A stretch of DNA of 32,000 bases from Lysinibacillus odysseyi (GTDB lineage: Bacteria > Bacillota > Bacilli > Bacillales_A > Planococcaceae). The position numbers were made by a program, and so were the translations under genes. Below are positions 25,597 through 32,000 of the stretch, piece after piece (position 1 is the first letter of the stretch; each line of letters starts with the position of its first letter). The stretch covers positions 152,770 through 184,769 of the forward strand of contig JABUKB010000002.1 in NCBI GenBank assembly GCA_014595895.1, written 5' to 3'. The notes below the pieces were generated by a model. The model was given only the letters and a program-made list of their open reading frames with translations, was not told the origin of the DNA and searched no databases.

Positions 25597-26571
25597 TCAT
25601 AGATAATCGCGTAAATTAGTTGCTACTTCATTAACATCTAAATCAAGGTATTGTGTTGTTACCTCTAAATTTGAATGTCCTAATGCTTTTGAAATTAATG
25701 CAATACTTGCCCCCTTACTATACAAATTCTTTGCATATGCGCGGCGAATTGCGTGAGCATTGATATTCTCTAAATTGAACCGCTTTGCATACTTGTGTAG
25801 CTGCTTTGAAATAGCACAATTAGAGGATTTACTATTATTCATCGGTGAGCCATTTTGAGTAATAAATATATAGTGGTTATCCATATCAAAATGAGCGCGG
25901 ATGCCATTGTTTAATTGAATAAGTAGCTTTAACATTTCTACTACCTCCTCATCAATCGGGAGCTTTAAAAACTTATGATTCTTTAATGTAGAACCATCTA
26001 GGTTCAAACAAAAATTTTCAAAGTCGATATGACGTTCTCTCAGCTCTCCTAATGTACGAATACGGATACCTGTCTTATACATTAATTTAATAGCGGCGGC
26101 ATCCCTAAAACCAATAAAGGTTGTTTGGTCAATTAACTGTAAAAGCTTTTCTATATCAGATTGCCGCGCTCCCTTTTTTACTTCCTTATCAATTTTAATT
26201 TGAATGTTGCTCCAGAAACGGTCTTTTACCCATCCATTGTTATAAAACTTGCTCAGTACCGCTTTAATCGACTTCAAGCGTATTAGTTTAGTCGCGGGAG
26301 TAACCGCTAGCACATCTAAGTAATGATAGAGCTTATCCAAGTTAATATCCTCTACATACTCAATACGGCAAACTCCAACAAACTGTTTAAAAATATATTC
26401 ATAACTTTCAATTGTGCGTGGTCTATTTCCAGCGATACGCATTTGATTAAATACTGTATCAAGTGCATAACTAATCTGCATACAATCATCTCTTGCATCC
26501 TTACTATTGGATAGAACAACTACATCACCATTTACCGCGAATATACCATGTTTTCGCTTTCTATTTACCAT
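25597..26571 (-). CDS. int: tyrosine-type site-specific integrase
   Basis: 324 aa. Catalytic motifs TGIRIRTLGEL (Arg), HAIRRAYAKNL (His-x-x-Arg) and LGHSNLEVTTQYL (His...Tyr). Adjacent to the intact ssrA. Confidence 0.9.
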   Translation of the reverse strand: MVNRKRKHGIFAVNGDVVVLSNSKDARDDCMQISYALDTVFNQMRIAGNRPRTIESYEYIFKQFVGVCRIEYVEDINLDKLYHYLDVLAVTPATKLIRLKSIKAVLSKFYNNGWVKDRFWSNIQIKIDKEVKKGARQSDIEKLLQLIDQTTFIGFRDAAAIKLMYKTGIRIRTLGELRERHIDFENFCLNLDGSTLKNHKFLKLPIDEEVVEMLKLLIQLNNGIRAHFDMDNHYIFITQNGSPMNNSKSSNCAISKQLHKYAKRFNLENINAHAIRRAYAKNLYSKGASIALISKALGHSNLEVTTQYLDLDVNEVATNLRDYL

Positions 26572-26604
26572 AGAAAAAACCTCCTAATATGTTTTATTAG
26601 AAGG
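26572..26604 (-). terminator. terminator of the intact ssrA; its 3' arm contains the integrase SD
   Basis: CCTCCTAAT (26580-26588) / ATTAGAAGG (26596-26604). The minus strand reads ...ATTAGGAGGTTTTTTCTATG, so AGGAGG forms the hairpin's 3' arm and the U-tract is the spacer to the int ATG (26571). Confidence 0.55.
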
Positions 26605-26737
26605 TCTTTGAATAAGCTCAAAATATGTAATTTCCATAGGGATAAGAAAAGGGATATTCAACAAGAGTTCAACCCCCGTTCAATATCCCTAGTCTGTTAA
26701 AACGTTGAAATGACTGCATTTACAGCCACTTATGTAA

Positions 26738-26837
26738 TGGAGACGGCGGGAGTCGAACCCGCGTCCAGAAACTCCAATACTCCAGCTTCTACGCGTGTAG
26801 TTTGCCTATTTGCAATTCGCGAGTCCGTATGCCGACA
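26738..26837. repeat. direct repeat: 3' end of the intact ssrA (proximal att site)
   Basis: Partner of 19084-19183 (88 nt identical, then 10/12). Confidence 0.92.
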
Positions 26838-26966
26838 AACAGGCGTCTAGATCGCTAGCTTGGAAATCTCTTGACGGTGACTCAAGCGGCACCACCGACC
26901 GTATCCCACTAAAGTTGGGCCCGACGTACTCTACATGGGCGATAGAGAGGCCGAGCGCTTAAGAGC

Positions 26967-26999
26967 TTACGCTGCTAAAGCTAAGTTTTGTTGTTTGCC
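26967..26999 (-). other. tmRNA tag-peptide reading frame, (A)GKQQNLALAA-stop
   Basis: The minus strand reads GGC AAA CAA CAA AAC TTA GCT TTA GCA GCG TAA directly after AACT. This is the same context as the resume codon in B. subtilis ssrA. Confidence 0.85.
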
Positions 27000-27233
27000 A
27001 GTTATTATATAACTTCCGTTGTTGACGAAGACGAGACCTCCGACGCGCAACCAGAGCTTGAACCATCCCTGTCGAATCCGTAACGTCCCCGAGTATAAAA
27101 CCCGAGTAAAGTTCGGTTAAGCAAATGCTTATAAAGTGTACCGTATGAGTAGATACACACTGGCAATCTGTATACTCATTATATGTCAGATTAGGTGAAA
27201 CATCAAGTAATTGCTACGATGCAAATCTTGCCA

Positions 27234-27273
27234 ACAAAAAATACGAACCTCTACTAATGTAAGAGATTCGTAT
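27234..27273 (-). terminator. rho-independent terminator of the upstream racemase operon
   Basis: TACGAACCTCT (27242-27252) / AGAGATTCGTA (27262-27272), 1 mismatch. On the minus strand it is followed by TTTTTTG (complement of the A-run 27235-27241). Confidence 0.6.
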
Positions 27274-27314
27274 AAAATGTATGACGCAATATATGACCGG
27301 CTTTATCTATTCCA

Positions 27315-28370
27315 CTACCAGGCTACTGCACGCTTTTTGCGAATCCATGCAATGACGATAACGAAGATTAACACAAACCCTAAGTACCCCATTGTGGAAT
27401 ATACTTTACCCACTAAGTTTGTAAAACCTACTAAACTAGCAGCAAAACCTAATAAGCCGACAATCATAACAGCCGGTTTAAAGGCTTTTGATTTTGGTGG
27501 GAAGAAACGAACTGTAAAGGTATAGAACATCCCTACTGCCGTATTGTACATCATCCCCAGAAGAGCGAAAGACATTAAGACGCCAATGAAGGGATGGATT
27601 TGATTCGCTAACTCTAGTGTCGGCATATCTACCCCGCCGATCACATCGATTTTTACGAACATCGTAATATTGATGAGAATAATGAGTGCTCCCAGGAGGA
27701 TACCACCAATGATTCCACCACGACCTGCTACTTTCCGGTCTTTTTCCTCGCCACCCATGATGATGAGTAAAGCCGCGCCTGCAGCGATATTGTATGATAC
27801 ATATAAAATCGATCCTAACAGCCAGTGATCAGCAGCGGAATTTTGTTCTTTGGCTAACGCATCTGCCTGGGACCATGAAATATCCATTGTAAATAACGAG
27901 TAAATTAAAATAATAAAAATAATCGCCAATAAATATGGGGTAACCACTGCGATAATATTAAGAATGTTTTTTAAGTCCAGGAGTAACGTACTGATTACGA
28001 ACGCCACCATGATGATGCTCCCTACCATTGACGGCATACCGAACATTTGGCTGAATGTAGAGCCCGCTCCCGCAAACATCACGACAGCTACGCCAAATAA
28101 GAAAAACGTAATGATAAAATCTAAAATGGTACCAAGATAACGACCACCGATTTTGTAAATTACACCCTTATGCGAAGATTGTTGTAAATCGGAACCGAGC
28201 TGCGCTAAAGTCATTCCTAAAAAGGCAAAGACAAATGCTGCAACAATCCCCCCCATTAGCCCCATTACTCCGAAGCTTGTAAAATACTGCATGATTTCTT
28301 GACCTGAGGCAAATCCTGCACCAACAATCAGACCTACAAAGGCACCGCCTATTTGTAAACTTTTTCTCAT
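27315..28370 (-). CDS. YkvI-family membrane transporter (putative amino-acid carrier)
   Basis: 351-aa polytopic protein. The N-terminus GAFVGLIVGAGFASGQEIMQYF matches the YkvI signature. Confidence 0.7.
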   Translation of the reverse strand: MRKSLQIGGAFVGLIVGAGFASGQEIMQYFTSFGVMGLMGGIVAAFVFAFLGMTLAQLGSDLQQSSHKGVIYKIGGRYLGTILDFIITFFLFGVAVVMFAGAGSTFSQMFGMPSMVGSIIMVAFVISTLLLDLKNILNIIAVVTPYLLAIIFIILIYSLFTMDISWSQADALAKEQNSAADHWLLGSILYVSYNIAAGAALLIIMGGEEKDRKVAGRGGIIGGILLGALIILINITMFVKIDVIGGVDMPTLELANQIHPFIGVLMSFALLGMMYNTAVGMFYTFTVRFFPPKSKAFKPAVMIVGLLGFAASLVGFTNLVGKVYSTMGYLGFVLIFVIVIAWIRKKRAVAW

Positions 28371-28381
28371 CTTACACCTAC

Positions 28382-29488
28382 CTATTTATATATCTTTTTG
28401 TCTACCGTATAGGACTCGACTGTGTCCCTATTCACTTCATATCCAATACCTGCTGTTTGCGGCACTTCAATATAACCATCATTTACGATCACTTCTGGCT
28501 CAATAATATCCTTTTCCCAGTAGCGACTCGAGCCGGCTGTATCACCTGGCAATGTGAAATTTGATAAAGTTGTTAAAGCCACATTGTGTGCCCGTCCAAT
28601 ACCGGACTCTAGCATACCGCCACACCAGACTGGGATTCCTTTTGCTTCACAGTAATCATGAATTCTCTTCGCTTCTGTTAAGCCGCCTACACGACCAATT
28701 TTAATGTTGATAATTTTTGTGGATCCCAACTCGATTGCTTTTCGGGCATCCTCCAGTGAATGAATGCTTTCATCCAAACAAATTGGTGTATCCATTTGTT
28801 TTTGCAATGTTGCGTGGTCGATGATGTCATCCGACGCAAGCGGCTGCTCGACCATTGTTAGGTTAAACGCATCTAACTGCTTTAATAAGGCTGCATCTTC
28901 TAAACGGTATGCTGAGTTCGCGTCCGCCATGATGGCGACATCTGGGAAATTTTCACGTAATGTGCGCATCACGTCTATATCCCAGCCTGGCTTGATTTTT
29001 ACTTTGATACGTTTATAGCCTTCCTTGACATAGCCATCGACCAACGCCACTAAATCATCGATTGATTTTTGAATGCCAATACTAATGCCCACCTCGATTT
29101 TGTCCTTTGTGCCTCCAAGAGCTGCTGCTAAGGATTGGTTTGTTTGTTGGGCATAGATATCCCAAATAGCCCCTTCGATTGTGGATTTGGCCATATTGTT
29201 TTTACGAATCGTCTCAAACAGTTTATTTACTTCATCTGGATGATTGATTTCTTTATGTAAAATAAGCGGAATTAAGTAGTCTTCTAGCATGTGCCAGTTT
29301 GTTTTTAATGTCTCCTCGTTATACCAAGGTGAGTGAAAGGCTACCGATTCTCCCCATCCGACTGTGCCGGATTCATCCTTTGCTTCTAATAGCAAAAAGT
29401 CTCGGGTTGTAAAGGTACCAAAGCTTGTAGTGAACGGTGCTTTCAGTTCCATCTGTAAGTGACGGATTGTGATTTCTGTAATTTTCAT
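28382..29488 (-). CDS. enolase-superfamily N-succinylamino-acid racemase / o-succinylbenzoate synthase family
   Basis: 368 aa. KxK motif IKVKIKPG; metal ligands [20 protein letters not shown]; second catalytic Lys in [10 protein letters not shown]. No men genes nearby, but GNAT and M20 partners are present, which favours a racemase role. Confidence 0.8.
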   Translation of the reverse strand: MKITEITIRHLQMELKAPFTTSFGTFTTRDFLLLEAKDESGTVGWGESVAFHSPWYNEETLKTNWHMLEDYLIPLILHKEINHPDEVNKLFETIRKNNMAKSTIEGAIWDIYAQQTNQSLAAALGGTKDKIEVGISIGIQKSIDDLVALVDGYVKEGYKRIKVKIKPGWDIDVMRTLRENFPDVAIMADANSAYRLEDAALLKQLDAFNLTMVEQPLASDDIIDHATLQKQMDTPICLDESIHSLEDARKAIELGSTKIINIKIGRVGGLTEAKRIHDYCEAKGIPVWCGGMLESGIGRAHNVALTTLSNFTLPGDTAGSSRYWEKDIIEPEVIVNDGYIEVPQTAGIGYEVNRDTVESYTVDKKIYK

Positions 29489-30300
29489 GATGTTTTTCCT
29501 CCAAGAGCTAACATTTCTTTTTTGACAAAAATATATTCATTCCAGCTTTCTCGTTGCTGAAGACGAACAGCTGCATAGCCTGCTGTAAACAGGGCTGTGC
29601 ATGCTTTTCTGACCGCAAGACGCCAATGCATGGCGTCTTGCTGACTGCGTGTTTTGAGAGATTGAAAATCGATTGGTACTGGTAATGCATAAACATCTTC
29701 CGTTAAATTACCAAAAGATTCAGACGATAATGTGCACAATCCATCTTCTCCCTGCACAAATGTACCGAGATAAACAGGCTGTTCGATTGTCGGTTGTATA
29801 TTATGCTCTACATAAGGTGCCTTTAGATGCCAATGCACTTCAAAACGGTCAGAAGGTAATCCTTTATTAAAGCCGTCTTGCATCTCACCGTAACAATTTT
29901 CAATATAGGTATCACAAATACCGTTCAGTTTTGTTAAATTTAAATAGCCGTTACGTGTTTCAAGCGGGTCGTATGTCCATACCATTAAGTCGTAGCCTTT
30001 CGCCAGTGCGATTTCGCGTTGTGCTTGTTTTAAACGTTCGCCAATTTGTTGGGAACGGTAAGCTTCATCGATCCCGAGCATATGCGAACACAAATAGCTT
30101 TTGCCTTGCTTATAAGCCCCAAAGCCGTAACTAAAGCCGACTAATGTTTCCCCGTCATAAGCACCTACCATAATCCCCCCGTGCTTCACTGCTGTTAACG
30201 TTTGGTGAGTTGGCAATGGGGGCATTTGCCACACCTTTTCTTCTAACACTTGAACTTGTTTCATTTCCTCTAACGTTGTCAGTTCTTTTATAAAGACCAT
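29485..30300 (-). CDS. GNAT-family acyltransferase (candidate D-amino-acid N-succinyltransferase)
   Basis: 271 aa. ATGA start/stop overlap with the racemase gene and TAATG overlap with the amidohydrolase gene. Acyl-CoA-binding-like [11 protein letters not shown]. Functional call rests on context. Confidence 0.6.
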   Translation of the reverse strand: MVFIKELTTLEEMKQVQVLEEKVWQMPPLPTHQTLTAVKHGGIMVGAYDGETLVGFSYGFGAYKQGKSYLCSHMLGIDEAYRSQQIGERLKQAQREIALAKGYDLMVWTYDPLETRNGYLNLTKLNGICDTYIENCYGEMQDGFNKGLPSDRFEVHWHLKAPYVEHNIQPTIEQPVYLGTFVQGEDGLCTLSSESFGNLTEDVYALPVPIDFQSLKTRSQQDAMHWRLAVRKACTALFTAGYAAVRLQQRESWNEYIFVKKEMLALGGKTS

Positions 30301-31412
30301 TATTTATCGCTTCTTTCTATATACTGTAGAGCACCGACCAATGCTTTCGAAATAATATTTACCCCTACCGCCAGTTGTGTGCGGTTGAAGGTCATCTTAG
30401 GATGATGTAGACCCGGTGTAACCCCACATCCTAAACCAAGCATAGTAGTTTTTAATTGAGGCCTTGTATAGGCGTAAAAGTGAAAATCTTCGCCTCCCGG
30501 TGTGATAATACCTGCTGTGCAGTGGTCTTCACCGACTGTGTCGATAATGGCTTGGCGCATGATCGCTTTTGCTTCTTCATCGACTTGTGCTGCTACAATA
30601 TGTGCGCCTACTTGTGTGGTAATAGTCGCACCGTATAGTGTACTGACCGCAGCAATGGCTTTTTCTAATCCAGTTGTCAGATCGGCCATCGTTTTGTTTG
30701 TCTGCGCACGTAAATCTAAACTGAAGGTTGCCGTCCCTGGAATAATATTTGTCGATGCACCGCCTGCTTGAATTTGTGTCATTTTGATTGAGGCACTTTC
30801 TGAGGGACTCACCCAGATACGTTTGAGTGCATCCACAAGCGCTGCTGCTACTTCAATGACATTGACACCCTGCTCTGGTCTCGCTCCATGTGCTTCTACG
30901 CCTGTAATGGTACCATTCATCAGTTTCGCTGCGCCGTGATATAAAGCAGGCGCATGATCACCATCAGCTAGCTCTACAAGCGGGCGTACATGAACGCCGA
31001 ATAAAAACTGCAAATCATCCACTACTCCGCGCTCAACAAATGCTTTGGCCCCTGCAGCCTTTTCCTCTGCCGGCTGAAATAAAATACGTACCGCCCCTGG
31101 TAATAATTGCTGTTGTAACGCAAATATGACACCGAGCGCCATTGTCATATGACCGTCATGTCCACATGAATGATTGGCTTGAAATACCCCGTCTACCTCT
31201 TGCCACAGTGCATCGATATCTGTTCGAAATCCAACGCGTGGTGTGCCTTCCCCGATATCTACATAAAGACCAGGTATATCATCAAACAGAATAGGCTGTA
31301 GCCTCATCTGTCGTAGCTGGTCGGCTATATAAGCGGTTGTCTGGAATTCCTGCCAGCTTACCTCGGGATTTTCATGTAAGTATGTAAATATTTCCTGAAG
31401 ACGTTGCTCCAT
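30300..31412 (-). CDS. M20-family amidohydrolase (N-acyl-L-amino-acid deacylase type)
   Basis: 370 aa. HSCGHDGH metal-binding motif and overall M20D/hippurate-hydrolase-like sequence. Confidence 0.8.
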   Translation of the reverse strand: MEQRLQEIFTYLHENPEVSWQEFQTTAYIADQLRQMRLQPILFDDIPGLYVDIGEGTPRVGFRTDIDALWQEVDGVFQANHSCGHDGHMTMALGVIFALQQQLLPGAVRILFQPAEEKAAGAKAFVERGVVDDLQFLFGVHVRPLVELADGDHAPALYHGAAKLMNGTITGVEAHGARPEQGVNVIEVAAALVDALKRIWVSPSESASIKMTQIQAGGASTNIIPGTATFSLDLRAQTNKTMADLTTGLEKAIAAVSTLYGATITTQVGAHIVAAQVDEEAKAIMRQAIIDTVGEDHCTAGIITPGGEDFHFYAYTRPQLKTTMLGLGCGVTPGLHHPKMTFNRTQLAVGVNIISKALVGALQYIERSDK

Positions 31413-31419
31413 CTTTTTT

Positions 31420-32000
31420 TCAACTCCATCGATCTACAAAAAAACTATTTTGAAAATCATCAAATTTTTCGCGTTGTTCATTATAATACGCAACATCATG
31501 CGACATCATGCCCACAACGAGGGTATTCATAAAAGCCATCAGGGCCGGCATCATATCAATAGTGGAAAGTTCCGTCTGTTGCAATACAAAAGTGGAATCA
31601 GCATAAGGTAAAATCGGTGCCACTTTTGAATCGGTAATCGCAACGATATAAGCACCTTGCTCTTGGAACATTTTTGCTAAAACAATGGGTTCCTTATGAT
31701 AACGGTGTAATGAGACTACGATTACCAAAGAGTCCTTATCGATTTCCTGTAATGTGCGAATATGAGCTCCTGTATGTCCCTCTACTACTTGTACATGGGA
31801 TCGTAAAATATTTAACGTAAATTGTAGCCACTGCGAGGCAAATTTTGAGGCTCCGGCACCAATTAAATAAATCTTGGAGGCAGTATGCATACGAGCTGTC
31901 ACTTCCTCAAATTGTTCTGGGTTAATTTGCTGTGCGATATCGGTGATTTGATGGCTGACTTGTCCCATTACTTTTTCAGCGAGCTGCCGTTCTTTAAATA
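31420..32000 (-). CDS. RpiR/MurR-family regulator; SIS domain visible, N-terminal HTH lies beyond the window
   Basis: The frame stays open to the window end (FKERQLAEKV precedes the listed Met). SIS-domain pattern IYLIGAGASKFASQW...VVSLHRY...IVAITDS. Stop is 7 nt before the M20 gene start. Confidence 0.7.
   Translation of the reverse strand, partial: FKERQLAEKVMGQVSHQITDIAQQINPEQFEEVTARMHTASKIYLIGAGASKFASQWLQFTLNILRSHVQVVEGHTGAHIRTLQEIDKDSLVIVVSLHRYHKEPIVLAKMFQEQGAYIVAITDSKVAPILPYADSTFVLQQTELSTIDMMPALMAFMNTLVVGMMSHDVAYYNEQREKFDDFQNSFFVDRWS

Larger units (their letters stand above)
19084..26737. mobile_element. integrase-bearing genomic island inserted in the 3' end of ssrA (defence-type cargo)
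   Basis: Bounded by the 88/100-bp direct repeats. A tyrosine recombinase lies adjacent to the intact ssrA. The interior is visibly more AT-rich than the flanks. It has no phage structural or conjugation genes; the cargo is ATPase and nuclease genes. Confidence 0.85.
26738..27090 (-). ncRNA. ssrA: tmRNA (transfer-messenger RNA)
   Basis: The minus strand starts GGGGACGTTACGGATTCGACAGGGATGG and ends GGACGCGGGTTCGACTCCCGCCGTCTCCA (T-arm plus acceptor with G3-U). The 5' GGGGACG pairs with the 3' CGTCTCC. It contains a tag ORF ending ALAA-stop. 353 nt; CCA is not encoded. Confidence 0.96.

Noticed and set aside
19084-26737. Retron/reverse-transcriptase component, a CRISPR array or a DNA methyltransferase within the island
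   Set aside because: I looked for YxDD-type RT motifs, regularly spaced repeats and SAM-binding/DPPY-type motifs in all six frames of the ORF track and found none. The ATPase-HNH pair is therefore treated as stand-alone and the BglII-like gene as an orphan.
27091-27180. ssrA promoter call (TATACT immediately upstream of the mature 5' end)
   Set aside because: A -10-like TATACT (complement of 27092-27097) exists, but no acceptable -35 lies at 16-18 nt and tmRNA is processed from a precursor. The promoter position cannot be fixed from sequence alone.
27211-27525. 104-aa plus-strand ORF
   Set aside because: It is antisense to the YkvI-family gene, spans that operon's terminator and has no SD. 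Shadow ORF.

Overview
The window looks like chromosomal DNA from a low-GC Firmicute, order Bacillales. This is inferred from B. subtilis-like gene content, GGAGG-type ribosome binding sites (SD) and the tmRNA sequence. Most of it is ordinary housekeeping or metabolic DNA. In order, it holds guaC with a PurBox-like operator, and a yraG/yraF/adhB-like spore-coat/alcohol dehydrogenase cluster. Next come citS-citT-citM (citrate two-component system plus transporter) and a divergent TetR/MFS efflux pair. A sulfate assimilation locus follows: sbp-cysTWA (minus strand) divergent from cysH-sat-cysC (plus strand), each with a terminator hairpin in its leader. At the right end is a five-gene operon (RpiR-like regulator, M20 amidohydrolase, GNAT, N-succinylamino-acid racemase, YkvI-type transporter). 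The standout region is a ~7.6 kb, visibly AT-rich genomic island at 19084-26737, inserted into the 3' end of the tmRNA gene ssrA (26738-27090, minus strand). It is bounded by an 88-bp perfect (about 100-bp near-perfect) direct repeat of the ssrA 3' end and carries a tyrosine integrase next to ssrA. Its cargo is almost entirely nuclease-based and looks like a compact anti-phage defence island. It holds an overlapping ABC-type ATPase + HNH nuclease pair (Septu/PtuAB-like but atypical) and a BglII-family restriction-endonuclease-like gene with no methyltransferase anywhere in the island. It also holds a single-gene fusion that I read as DUF3427 (modified-DNA reader of SauUSI-type enzymes) + DUF3883 (PD-(D/E)xK nuclease), and a two-gene winged-helix module behind 13-nt direct repeats. 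A second, smaller accessory patch (1817-3249) is bracketed by 50-bp direct repeats. All family assignments come from motif recognition by eye; no searches were run.
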